A stretch of DNA of 64,000 bases, taken from positions 1-64,000 of the forward strand of contig JASGJN010000017.1 in the NCBI GenBank assembly GCA_049840735.1, in the 5' to 3' direction. This DNA is from Anaeromyxobacter sp. GTDB lineage: Bacteria > Myxococcota > Myxococcia > Myxococcales > Anaeromyxobacteraceae. Of the stretch, positions 23,079 through 35,489 are shown piece by piece. Numbering within the stretch: the stretch's first letter is position 1; each line of letters begins with the position of its first letter. A program made the position numbers and the translations under genes. Under the pieces are notes generated by a model. That model searched no databases, was not told the origin of the DNA, and saw only the letters and a list, made by a program, of their open reading frames with translations.

Positions 23079-25162
23079 ATGGGCGCCCCCGTGCGCCTGT
23101 CCCTGACGCTCCTCGCCGCGACGCTCGCCGCCAGCCTGGCGTGCAGCCGCGGCGCCGATCTCCTCCTCGCCCGACCCCGAGCTCCGCGCCGAGGCGGTCC
23201 GGCGCGGCGTGGCGGGCGGCCGGTCGGACCTGGCCATCCTGCTGGTGGCGCAGCGCGACGGCAGCGCGGTGGTCCGCCAGGCCGCCGCGGAGGCCTTCGC
23301 GGCGCGCGAGGGGCCCGCCGCCGTGGACGCGCTGGCGGCGCTGGTCACCGACCTGGATCCCGAGGTGGCCGCCACCGCGGCGCGCGGCCTCGCGGCCCGC
23401 CCCACCGAGGCCAGGGCCCGCGACGCGCTGCTGGTGGCCTACGCCGGCGCGCCGCCGGCGGGGCGCCTGGCCATCGCGCGGGCGCTCGAGGAGGTCGGCA
23501 CCTCGCTGCGCGAGGCGGTGGAGCGCGAGGCGCGGGCGCAGTGGGAGGCCAACCTGGCGGCGCTGGCGGTGGGCGAGCCGCCGGCGCGGGCCGGCGCGGC
23601 GGAGGAGATCGGCGCCAGCGCGCGCGCCGAGGCGGTCACGCGGCTCCTGCCGCTGGTGGACCCGGCGCGCAACCCCGACCCGATCCTGGCCGCCGCCGCC
23701 TCGCGCGGCCTGGGCGAGGCGGGCGACTGGAGCGCGCGCAAGCACCTGGAGGCGCTGCTGGGCGAGGGGGACGCACCGCTGGCCGAGGCGGCCGCGGCCG
23801 CCCTGGCGCGGCTGGGCGACCCGGCGGCGGCCGACGCGCTGGCGGCGGCGGTGGAGGACTCGCCCGGCCGCATCGCCGTCGCGGCGGTGGCCGCGCTGGA
23901 GGCGCTGCCCGAGGCGTCGGAGGTGGGCGTGGCGCTCTGCGACGTGGCGCTGCGGACCAGCGACGGCCAGCTGGCGGCGCAGGCCGCGCGAGCGGTCCGG
24001 CTGCGGGAGCAGGAGTGCCCGCAGCGGCCGCTGCTCAACCGGCTCTCGGGCCCCAGCGGCCCCGCAGCCGCGGCGGCCCTGTCGGAGCTGGCGCAGGACC
24101 CCGGGCCCGAGGCCGACGCGGCGGTGCAGCGGCTGGTGGGGGCGCTCGAATCCCGCCCGCACGCCGGAGGCGGCGGTCCGCGCCGCCGCTGCGCGGGCCC
24201 TGGCCCGGCTCAAGCCACCCGCCGCGGTGGGGCCGGTGCGCGATCGGCTCTCGGCGCTGCGGACCAGGCTGCAGGAGGCGCGGGCGCGCTGGGTCCCGGG
24301 CTCGCTCCCGGGCCAGCCGGCGCCCGGCTTCGAGGGCGCGCCGGCGGGGCGCGTGGCCGCGGTGGTGTCGCGCCCCGCCGGACCCCGGGCCGGCGGCAGC
24401 GCGGCCGAGCCGGCGGTCGGGCCGTTCGTGCCGCCCGGCGGCCCGGACGCCGACGAGGTGGGCGCGCTCGCAGAGGCCGCCGGGGCGCTGAGGATCGGCG
24501 AGGCCGGCCCCTGGCTGGCGCCGCTCGTGACGGATCCTGCGCCGGCCATCCGGGCCGGGGCGCTGGCCGGCCTGGCGCTGCTGGGCGGCGAGGGCGTGGC
24601 CGAGCGGCTGGCCCCGGCGCTGGCCAATCCCGACCGTGCGGTGCGGACCGCGGCGGCCCATGGCCTCTCGCGACTGGGGCCCCGGGGCGTCCCCGCCCTG
24701 GCCGCCGCCGCGGCGCGCTCGGCCGACGATCCGGAGTGGCTGGTGGCCCTGGCGCGGGCGCTGGGCGGGACCGCGGCGCCCGAGGCCGTCCCGGCCCTGA
24801 CCGCGCTGCTGGACGGCCCCGCCGCGGCCCCAGCCGCCGCCGCGCTGGGCCACCTGGGCGCGCCGGCCGCGCCGCTGGTGGCCGCGCTGGGCCGGGCCGG
24901 CCCCGGCGCGCAGGTGGAGATCATCGACGCCCTGGCGCAGCTCGGCGCCGCCGAGGCGGCCGCCCCGCTCACCGATCAGCTCTGCGCCGACCGCCCCGAC
25001 GTGCGCGCCGCCGCGGCCCGCGCGCTGGGCAAGCTCCGTTACGAGGGCGCCTCGGCGCGCCTGGAGGCGCTGCGGAGCGACTACTACGGCCGCGTCCGCC
25101 GGGCCGCGGTGGAGGCGCTCTCCAAGCTGCCCACCGCCGGCGCGCGCGGGCGGGGGCCGTAA
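23079..25162 (+). CDS. HEAT-repeat lipoprotein (frameshifts near 23163 and 24150)
   Basis: Lipobox-like LAASLAC; repeated D..VR.AAA.AL units; ends DYYGRVRRAAVEAL. Confidence 0.8.
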
Positions 25163-25218
25163 CGGACGCCCGCCAGGCGCTGTTCGCCGGCCTCGCCGCC
25201 ACCCGGCGCTGCTCCCGC

Positions 25219-27412
<2,194 letters not shown>

Positions 27413-27633
27413 GACGTCCCCCCGGGCGGGCGATCCGGGCCTCCGCGCAGGCATGATGCGCGCCCGGTTCGAGCCTGGCCAGCCCACCAGCCTCACGCCA
27501 CGGGAGCCACGATCGGCGGGCCCGAACCGACGGAGGCTGGTGAGTCCCCCGTCAGGGTGGGCCCGCGCACCGCGCGGGGTTCGGCCAGCCATGCGATTGG
27601 CAGGGCGAAGGGGGGGTGCGATTCTGCTTGGCC

Positions 27634-29697
27634 ATGCCCGCACGCCCCTTGCCCCCCACCACCCGCACGCTCTCCTTCCTGGCGCTCGCGCTCTGCGCGG
27701 CCTGCCAGGGCTCCGGCGGGTCCACCGGGGGCGTCGCCGACACCACGCCGCCCGCCATCACGGCCTTCTCGGTGGCCGCCAGCTCGGCCGGGGTCGGCGA
27801 CACGCTCGCGGTCAGCGCCGCGGCCAGCGACGCCGAGAGCGCCGTCCGCTACGCCTGGACGGCCGCCCCGGCCGGCTGCGGGACCTTCGCGGACGCCGCG
27901 GCGTCCGCCACCACCTTCACCGCCGCGGTGGCGGGGACCTGCACGGTCACGCTGACGGCCAGCTCGGCCGGTGGCTCGGCCCAGCAGACGGCGCAGGTGC
28001 AGGTGTCCACCGTCCCGCCCACCGACCACCCTCCCAAGGTGACGGCGTTCTCCGTGGCCCAGTCCGCTGCGCGGGTCGGCGACAGCTTCGCGGTGAGCGC
28101 GAGCGCCACCGATCCCGACGGCGACGGCGTCACCCTGGCCTGGACCGCCACGCCGGCGGGCTGCGGCACCTTCGCCGCGCCCGCGGCGGCGGCCACCACC
28201 TTCACCGCCGCCTCGGCCGGCACCTGCTCCGTGCGCGTGACCGCCACCGCCCGCGCGCTCACCGCCACGCAGGCCGCGGACGTGACCATCACCAGCGCAG
28301 GCGGGGGCGGCGCGCCCACGCACCACACCGCCATCGACCCGCTGGCCGGTCCGCCCAACGGCGGGACCATCTGGCCCAACGACACCGGGTCGCGCGCGGT
28401 GATGATCCGCGACGCCGCGCCCGGCGCCGCCGGCGATCTGCTGGGCCTGTTCCGCACCGAGGGCCCGGCCGCCTGGTACCTGCTGCGCTCCTCCGACGGC
28501 GGCGCCAGCTTCCAGTACCTCACCGCCTCCAACGCCGAGCCCAGCCCCGCGGACGCCGCCCGGATCTGGAGCTCCGGCATCACCCAGGACACCGTCACCC
28601 ACAAGGTCCACGTGCTCTGGCACGCGCAGTACGGCACCACCTCCCGCTACGCGCGGATCGCGCTCACCCGCGACGGCGCCGGCCACGTGAGCGGCTGGAG
28701 CTGGGAGGCCGAGAACGTCCCCGGCCCGACCTTCAACACGGCCTCCTCCTGGAACGGGTTCGCCAAGGTGGACATCAAGGAGGTGCTGGACGGCAACGGC
28801 GCGCACGTGCTGGCCGTGGTCGGCATGGACCAGCCCTCCGACACCCGCATCCAGCGGCTGCTCCTCTGCCGGACCACCGGCGCGAGCGCGCTGGCCCCGG
28901 CCGCGACCGCCGACTGGAAGAAGGCCACCGACGCGACGTCGGCCGGCTGCGACGTGGTGGCCGCGTACAACTCCGGCGCCACCGCCGACGCGGCCGACGC
29001 CGGCGCCTTCCTCCGCCTGACCAACCAGTCCACCGACTGGATGCGCGAGCACACCGCCGACTTCGCCTTCGCCCAGGCGGGCGGCGACCGCAGCCTCCAC
29101 CTGTTCGACGGTCCGTTCTACTACAACGACACGTGGTCCAGCTCGAACCCCGGCGACATCCGCCGCTGGCGGCTGGCCGCGAGCGGCACCAACTGGACCC
29201 TCGACGCCGGCGTGAACGGGCTGGTGCTGGCCACCGGGAACGCCAGCTACCGCGCCACGCTGGGCTCGGCCTACGGGACCAGCGCGCACGTCTGGGTGGT
29301 CTACGGCGCGCCGGACGGGCTGCACGTGGACCGGAGCGAGTCCGGCAGCGGGTGGACCCATGACGCGGTGGCCTCGCCCGACACCACTGCCAACGGCTTC
29401 TGGTGGACGGCCATCTCGGTCGGCGCCGACGACTCGCAGGTCTACCTGTACTGGGAGCGGCAGACCTTCGGGAGCGGCGGCGGGCGCGTGGCGCTCTCCG
29501 GCTACCACGACGCGAGCGGCTGGCAGACCACCGACGAGACCTCGCTCTTCGCCCGCGACCCCGCCTACGACTCGGGGCAGGGCGGCGCCGACTCGTGGAC
29601 CCCGATCCAGTGGGGCTCGGGCCTGGGCGTGCTGTGCTACCCGTACTCGCAGTGGCTGCAGACGCCGGTCAGCTACCACGTGCACGCGATGTACTGA
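27634..29697 (+). CDS. Secreted lipoprotein with two Ig/PKD-like repeats and a Trp/Tyr-rich beta-rich C-terminal domain
   Basis: Lipobox LALALCAAC; two ~90-aa repeats (PP.ITAFSV..AWTA.PAGCGTFA..TTFTA..AGTC); Asp-box-like RSSDGGASF. Confidence 0.8.
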   Translation: MPARPLPPTTRTLSFLALALCAACQGSGGSTGGVADTTPPAITAFSVAASSAGVGDTLAVSAAASDAESAVRYAWTAAPAGCGTFADAAASATTFTAAVAGTCTVTLTASSAGGSAQQTAQVQVSTVPPTDHPPKVTAFSVAQSAARVGDSFAVSASATDPDGDGVTLAWTATPAGCGTFAAPAAAATTFTAASAGTCSVRVTATARALTATQAADVTITSAGGGGAPTHHTAIDPLAGPPNGGTIWPNDTGSRAVMIRDAAPGAAGDLLGLFRTEGPAAWYLLRSSDGGASFQYLTASNAEPSPADAARIWSSGITQDTVTHKVHVLWHAQYGTTSRYARIALTRDGAGHVSGWSWEAENVPGPTFNTASSWNGFAKVDIKEVLDGNGAHVLAVVGMDQPSDTRIQRLLLCRTTGASALAPAATADWKKATDATSAGCDVVAAYNSGATADAADAGAFLRLTNQSTDWMREHTADFAFAQAGGDRSLHLFDGPFYYNDTWSSSNPGDIRRWRLAASGTNWTLDAGVNGLVLATGNASYRATLGSAYGTSAHVWVVYGAPDGLHVDRSESGSGWTHDAVASPDTTANGFWWTAISVGADDSQVYLYWERQTFGSGGGRVALSGYHDASGWQTTDETSLFARDPAYDSGQGGADSWTPIQWGSGLGVLCYPYSQWLQTPVSYHVHAMY

Positions 29698-29816
29698 CCG
29701 GCACGGGCCCTCACGCCTCTTGCCCCGGTTCCAGGACGGCGAAGGGCCGGCGCGCACGCCCGGCTGGACCACGCCGGGGGCACGCCGGCCCGATGCACCC
29801 CCGCCTGGGCCCCTGC

Positions 29817-31640
29817 TCAGGGCTCCACGGGCGGAGGCACCACGGTGGTGGGCAGCACCGTCGGCGGCTGGCCGAAGCGGCTGCGGATCACCGCGCCCAG
29901 CATCACCACGGAGGTGACCACCCAGACGGCGAAGCCGAGCAGCGGGATCATCGTCACCAGCGTGAAGAGCAGGGTGCCCAGGGCCAGCTGGACCACCACG
30001 GTGCGCCGGGCCTCCGGCACCGGCAGCGCGCGGCCGATCATCTGCAGGAAGGTGGTCAGGCCCAGCACCAGCGCCGCCGTCACGGCCACCACCAGGAAGA
30101 ACGTCACGGGGGTGCCGAGCACGGTGAAGAAGAGCAGGAAGGCGATGGGCGTGAGGACGATCAGGGCGATCCAGGCCAGCAGCCCGGCCACCGTGGTGCG
30201 CAGGGGGGCGTTCGTGAGCGTGGCCGCCACCGCGTCCACCCGGCGCTGGAAGACCGAGACCACCAGCAGCCCGACCAGGAAGAGCAGCACGAAGAGGGAC
30301 AGGCCGGTGAAGAGCGTCGCCAGGGGCGAGGACTCGCCGCCGAACAGCCCGAACACTCCGCCCACCACCCCCGGCAGGCTGGGGATGGAGACCGTCTGCG
30401 TGTTCCCCACCTCGGCGTCGGGGTCCACCAGGACGCGCCCGCCGATGCTGACCGCCTCGTCCTCCACGGTGGCCCCGGCCGCGACGTCCACGTCTCCGCC
30501 GATGGCCACCACCTTGCGCGCCGTGGCGCCGCTCTCGAGCCGCGCCGAGCCGAACACCACCGAGACGTCGCGCGCGGAGGCGCCGGTCTGCAGCACCGCC
30601 GAGCCCTTGACCACGTTGATGTTGCGGGTCTCGGCGCCAGCCCCCACGGTGAGGCTGCCCTTCACCACGTTGACGTCGCGGACGTTGTCGCCGGGCGGGA
30701 TGGTGAGGTCCTGGTTGGTCACCTCGCGATCACGGCCGTTGCTCGAGGCCTCCCGCCCCGCCTCCCGGGACGCGCGCTCGGCGTCGCGCATGGCGCGCTC
30801 GGCGTCGCGGCCGTGCTCGCGCATGGCCCGCTCGACCTCGCGCCGCGCCTTCTCCGGCAGGCCCGGGGGGATGAACGGGAACGGCATGCCGCCCGCCGAC
30901 CCGCGCTTCACCACCACCAGCGTGCCCTGGCGCTCCGCCACCAGGTCGGCCTGCATCAGCACGGCGCGGAGGGCGTCCTCCACCGGCGTGTCCTTGAAGC
31001 TGGCGCTGATCTCCTGGTCCTCGTCCGGCGGGAGCACGATGGACAGGCCACCGGCCTTGGCGATCTGCCGGAGCGCCTCGGGCGCCGGGGTCGCGTCGAA
31101 GTCGCCGGAGAAGGTCTTCCCGGTGGGCTTGTCGAAGCCGGTCAGGGTGGGCACCGGCGCGGCGGGCGCGACGGGCAGCGCCTCGTCGTCCGCCACGGTG
31201 ACGATCCTGCCGTGGCGCGTGGCCGCCAGCCCCGTGCCGTTCAGCACCACGCGGAGCGCGTCCTCGACCGGCGCGTTGCGCAGCTTGAGCACCAGCAGCC
31301 GGTTTCCGGTCCGGCCGGTGTTGAGCGAGATGTCCCAGCCGGCCGCGTCGGCGATCTGCTCCAGCGCGTCGTCGATCGAGAGCTGGTCCTCGATGGTGAC
31401 GTCCTTGCCCGAGGGCTGGTCCGGCCAGTCGCCGCGCAGCACGCCCATCGCGCGCAGCGGGGCGGGCGGCGCCGGGGGCGCAGGGGCGGCCGGCGGCGCC
31501 TTCGCGGCGGGCGCGGCGCGGGGCGCGCGGGGCGCCTCGACGGCCGGCGGCGCGGGCGGCGTGGCCTGGGCGAGCAGCGGGCCGGTGCCCTGGCTGGTGG
31601 GGTCGGTGAAGCTGAGCGCGGCGAGGAGCAGGGCGAGCAT
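29817..31640 (-). CDS. Membrane protein: signal peptide, two STN-like repeats, bactofilin-like beta-helix repeats, ~4-5 C-terminal TM helices
   Basis: DALEQIADAAG..RNAPVEDALRVVL and EALRQIAKAGG..KDTPVEDALRAVL; repeated V.VV.GS..L..GA; hydrophobic C-terminus. Confidence 0.8.
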   Translation of the reverse strand: MLALLLAALSFTDPTSQGTGPLLAQATPPAPPAVEAPRAPRAAPAAKAPPAAPAPPAPPAPLRAMGVLRGDWPDQPSGKDVTIEDQLSIDDALEQIADAAGWDISLNTGRTGNRLLVLKLRNAPVEDALRVVLNGTGLAATRHGRIVTVADDEALPVAPAAPVPTLTGFDKPTGKTFSGDFDATPAPEALRQIAKAGGLSIVLPPDEDQEISASFKDTPVEDALRAVLMQADLVAERQGTLVVVKRGSAGGMPFPFIPPGLPEKARREVERAMREHGRDAERAMRDAERASREAGREASSNGRDREVTNQDLTIPPGDNVRDVNVVKGSLTVGAGAETRNINVVKGSAVLQTGASARDVSVVFGSARLESGATARKVVAIGGDVDVAAGATVEDEAVSIGGRVLVDPDAEVGNTQTVSIPSLPGVVGGVFGLFGGESSPLATLFTGLSLFVLLFLVGLLVVSVFQRRVDAVAATLTNAPLRTTVAGLLAWIALIVLTPIAFLLFFTVLGTPVTFFLVVAVTAALVLGLTTFLQMIGRALPVPEARRTVVVQLALGTLLFTLVTMIPLLGFAVWVVTSVVMLGAVIRSRFGQPPTVLPTTVVPPPVEP

Positions 31641-31656
31641 GAGGTCGGTCTCCGGA

Positions 31657-32178
31657 TCAGGCGATCTCGGTCCGCGGGGCAGGCATCAGTCGGGAGAGAA
31701 GGAAGAGGAAGGGCAGGGCGACGGCGGCGCAGAGCGCCGCGATCTGGACGCGCAACGCCGAGACCACCGGCCCGAGCAGGTCGGCGCCGGCGTGGAAGGC
31801 GCTGAGCGTGGAGGTGAGGCTGCTGGTCAGCCGCTGGGTGGCCGGGAGCCAGGCGGTGCCGCCGGAGAGGACCGCCACCGTCACCAGGGCGGCGCTCACC
31901 GCGGCCAGGATGCCGATGGCCCAGCGGCGCTCGCGAGCCACGCGGTGCTGCCGGAGCTCGATGCTGGCCATCACGCCCTCGGTGAAGTCGAGCGGGATCT
32001 CCGGGACCTCCAGGTCGCCCAGGGCCTCGCCCAGCAGGCGGTAGGAGAGGATCAGGGCCCGGCAGTCGGGGCAGCCGGCGGCGTGGGCCTCGTGCGCGGT
32101 GGCCTCGAAGGGCAGCAGCGCGCCGTCGACCAGCAGCTGCGCCTGCGCGTCGGACAGGTGTGGGGTGGGCGTGGTCAT
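31657..32178 (-). CDS. Zinc-finger (ZAS/zf-HC2) membrane anti-sigma factor
   Basis: H..HAAGCPDC motif; DFTEGVM; two TM helices; ATG overlaps the sigma stop. Confidence 0.85.
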   Translation of the reverse strand: MTTPTPHLSDAQAQLLVDGALLPFEATAHEAHAAGCPDCRALILSYRLLGEALGDLEVPEIPLDFTEGVMASIELRQHRVARERRWAIGILAAVSAALVTVAVLSGGTAWLPATQRLTSSLTSTLSAFHAGADLLGPVVSALRVQIAALCAAVALPFLFLLSRLMPAPRTEIA

Positions 32179-32768
32179 GGCGCGAGCTCCTGGCCGGGCT
32201 GCGAGAGCGCGTCGCGCAGCTTGGCGCGGGCGCGGTGCAGCCAGGTCATGACGGTGCCGATGGGGACGTCGAGCGTGGCGGCGATCTCCTTGTAGGAGAG
32301 CTGCTCGACGTGGAAGAGGTGGACCACCTCGCGGTAGTTGGGCGGCAGGGCCGCGACCGCCTGCTCGAGCGCGCCGGCCACCTGCCGCCGCTCCAAGAGC
32401 TCGTCGCCGCGGGGCGCGTCGGGGTCGGCCAGCTCGCGCGGCGCCGCGCCCTCCTCGGGCTCGGCGTCGAGCGCGACCTGCTGCGCTTCCGGCATGCGCC
32501 GGCGGATCACGTCGAGGCAGTGGTTGCGGGCGATGCGGAGCACCCAGGGCGCGAAGGGCTGCGCGGGGTCGAAGGTGCCGACGGCGGCGTAGGCGCGGAC
32601 GAACGCCTCCTGGGCGGCGTCGCGGGCCTCCTCCTGGTCGCGCAGCAGGCGGAAGCACAGGCCAAAGACGGACCGCTTGTGCAGGTCCACCAGCCGAGAG
32701 AAGGCCTGCTTGTCCCCCCGGGCGGCGGCCTGGGCCCAGGCGGCCTCCCCGGTGACCGGTTGCGCCAC
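32175..32768 (-). CDS. ECF RNA polymerase sigma factor
   Basis: GDKQAFSRLV, DAAQEAFVRAY, WVLRIARNHCLD, LSYKEIA..GTVMTWLHRAR; GTG 32768 with GGAGG RBS. Confidence 0.93.
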   Translation of the reverse strand: MAQPVTGEAAWAQAAARGDKQAFSRLVDLHKRSVFGLCFRLLRDQEEARDAAQEAFVRAYAAVGTFDPAQPFAPWVLRIARNHCLDVIRRRMPEAQQVALDAEPEEGAAPRELADPDAPRGDELLERRQVAGALEQAVAALPPNYREVVHLFHVEQLSYKEIAATLDVPIGTVMTWLHRARAKLRDALSQPGQELAP

Positions 32769-32929
32769 CCCGCGTTCCTCCGTGCGGAGGGACAGTAGCC
32801 CGAAATCGAGAGCGGCGACGGCGGCAACGACCATGCCCAACCCTACGGCGCTCCTCGGGTTCTATTTCAGTTGCCGGGCCGATCGTCCCGGGTGCGGCCG
32901 ACCCGGCGACCTGGCCGGGGAGGCAGCAG

Positions 32930-32945
32930 GTGAATACCTATACAG
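32930..32945 (-). promoter_or_regulatory. Candidate LexA (SOS) box upstream of the ECF operon
   Basis: CTGTATAGGTATTCAC on the minus strand; AT-rich 16-mer resembling CTG-N7-GTTCAG and CTGT-N8-ACAG boxes. Confidence 0.4.
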
Positions 32946-33005
32946 TACGGCAGCTTGAGCCGTGCGCGAGCGACCTGCGGCGGGGCTGGCGGCGGCGTAA
33001 GCCGC

Positions 33006-34245
33006 TCAGATCCAGCCGAGCTGGTGCTCGAGCAGGAGCAGCCCCAGGCCGGCCACCAGCGTGGCGGCGGTGATCAGGGCGCCGATTTTCAGGAAGCGCC
33101 AGAAGGAGATTCTGGGCGCGCGAGCCGGCCAGCTCCAGCACGATCAGGTTGGCCACCGAGCCCACCACCGTCAGGTTGCCGGCCAGCGTGGCGCAGAGCG
33201 CGGTGGCGAGCCAGGCCAGGCGCGCCGAGGCTAGGCGCGGGATCGACTCGCCCGCCAGCACCACGAACGGCACGTTGGAGACCACCTGCGAGCCGAGGAC
33301 CGAGAACAGGCCGAACCCCACCGCCTGGCCGGCCGGGTCGCTGCCCAGCGCCGGCGCCACCGCCGCGTACATGCGCTCGGTCACCCCGGCGTGGCCGATG
33401 CCGGCCACCACCACGAAGAGCGCCGCGAAGAAGACCAGCAGCGGCCAGTCCACCTGCTGCAGCGCCTCGCGCGGCGCCCGGCCGGCGACGGCCATCAGCA
33501 GCGCCGCGGTGAAGAGCGCGGTCCAGGAGAGCGCGAAGCCCGCCAGGAAGCCCGCCACGGCCAGCGCCAGCGCCCCCAGCGCCTTGGCCAGCAGCACCCG
33601 GTCCACCTCCGCCGGCGCCCCGTGCCCCTCCGCCAGCCGCCCGGGGGGCAGCCGCCGCCGGAAGAGCAGGTGCAGCAGCACGGCCACCACCAGCAGCGAG
33701 GCCAGCGCCGGCAGCGCCAGCGCCGCGGCGAACGACGCGTAGGAGATGCCGGAGAGCGTGCCGGCGATCATGTTCTGCGGGTTGCCGGTGAGCGTGGCGG
33801 CCGAGCCGGCGTTGGCGCCGAAGCAGACCGCCAGCAGGTAGGGCAGGGCGGGCAGGTCGGCGTCGTCCACGATCCTGATCACGAGCGGCGTGACCATCAC
33901 GCAGACGGTGTCGTTCACCAGCACGGCCGAGAGCGCACCGCACGTGAACACCAGCCCCCACAGCAGCGTGCGCGGCGTGCCGGCCGCCCGGATCACCCGC
34001 GCGCTGGCCCAGCGGAAGAACCCGGCCTCGGCCAGGTAGGCGTTCAGGATCATCATCCCGAGCAGGAGCCCGAGCGTGTCCCCGTTCACCGCCGCGCCGG
34101 CCTGCGCCGGGCTGAGCACGCCCGCCGCCACCATCAGCACCGCGCCCAGCAGCGCCGCGGCCGGCCGGTCCACCGAGAGCAGCGGGAAACGTCCAGCGGC
34201 GACGGCCAGGTACGTCAGCGCGAAGAGGAGCACGGCGACGAGCAC
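33006..34245 (-). CDS. SLC13/ArsB/NhaD (CitMHS-like) anion permease (frameshift near 33110)
   Basis: VDRPAAALLGA, LSAVLVNDT, ANAGSAATLTGNPQN, VSNVP, TLAGNLTVVGSVANLIV. Confidence 0.9.
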
Positions 34246-34347
34246 GGGACCTCTCTATCACGCCCCGGCCGGGGCGAGGGCGGCTGAGGCGGGCTTGGCC
34301 CCCGCGCCGCGCTTAACGCCGGGACCGGACCGCACTAGATTGCCCCG

Positions 34348-35463
34348 GTGCCGGACGAACGGGCGGTGACGCTGGACGGGAGCGCGGGCGAGGGCGGCGG
34401 CCAGATCCTCCGAACCGCGCTCTCGCTGTCGGCGGTGACGGGGCGCCCCTTCACCATCGCCCAGGTGCGCGCCGGGCGGATCAAGCCCGGCCTGCGGCCC
34501 CAGCACCAGGAGGCGGCCCGCGCCGTGGCGCGGCTGACCGACGCCGAGCTGGAGGGCGACGAGGTCGGCTCGATGGCGCTCTCCTTCCGGCCGCGCGCGC
34601 CGGCGCGGGCGGGCGAGTGGGCGCTGGACATCGGCACGGCCGGCTCGACGCCGCTGCTGTTCCAGACCGTCTGCTGGCCGCTGGCGCTGGCCGGCGGAGC
34701 GTCGTCGCTCACGCTGCGCGGCGGCACGCACCAGGACCACGCGCCCAGCTTCCACTACCTGGCGCTGGTCTGGGGGCCGGCGGTGGCGCGCCTGGGGTTC
34801 CGCTTTGCCGTGGAGCTGCAGGCGGCCGGCTTCTACCCGGAGGGCGGCGGCGAGTTCACCGCCCGCGTCGAGCCGCCCCACGCCATGCCGCCGCTCGACC
34901 TGCGCCACCGCGGCACGCTGCGCGAGGTGGAGGTCGTGTCGATGGTGGGCGGCCTCGGGTACGAGGTCGCCGAGCGCCAGGCGGAGCGGGCCCTCAAGGC
35001 GCTGCGCGACATGGGCATCGCCGCCGAGGCGGAGCGCGTGCCGGTGCCCTGCCGCACCTCGCGAGGCGGGCACGTCCTGATCGTCTCCAGCTTCGAGCGG
35101 ACCCGCGCCGGCCACGGCGCGGTGGGGGGCCGGGAGCGCGGGCCGGAGGAGACGGCCGATCAGGCCGTCGGGGCCTTCCGCGCCTACCTCTCCGGCGGCG
35201 CGGCGGTGGACCGGCACCTCGGCGATCAGCTGCTGGTCCCGGCCGCCCTGGTGGCCGCTGGGCGGGTCCCCGCGGCCGCCGGGCTGGCGCCGCTGGTCCG
35301 CTTCACCGTCAGCCAGGTCACGCCCCACCTCACCACCAACGCCGAGGTGATCCGGCGCTTCCTGGACGTGGAGATCCACGTCGACGGCGCCGAGGGCGAG
35401 CCGGGCGAGGTGCGGGTGGTGGGACCGGCCAGCAACGGGCAGGTCGTGCCGCTGCCGCGCTGA
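34348..35463 (+). CDS. rtcA: RNA 3'-terminal phosphate cyclase
   Basis: LDGSAGEGGGQILRTALSLS, PGLRPQH, IGTAGS, GFYPEGGG, VDRHLGDQL, HLTTN. Confidence 0.95.
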   Translation: MPDERAVTLDGSAGEGGGQILRTALSLSAVTGRPFTIAQVRAGRIKPGLRPQHQEAARAVARLTDAELEGDEVGSMALSFRPRAPARAGEWALDIGTAGSTPLLFQTVCWPLALAGGASSLTLRGGTHQDHAPSFHYLALVWGPAVARLGFRFAVELQAAGFYPEGGGEFTARVEPPHAMPPLDLRHRGTLREVEVVSMVGGLGYEVAERQAERALKALRDMGIAAEAERVPVPCRTSRGGHVLIVSSFERTRAGHGAVGGRERGPEETADQAVGAFRAYLSGGAAVDRHLGDQLLVPAALVAAGRVPAAAGLAPLVRFTVSQVTPHLTTNAEVIRRFLDVEIHVDGAEGEPGEVRVVGPASNGQVVPLPR

Positions 35464-35489
35464 GCCGTTTCCGACTCGAGCTCGTCCGT

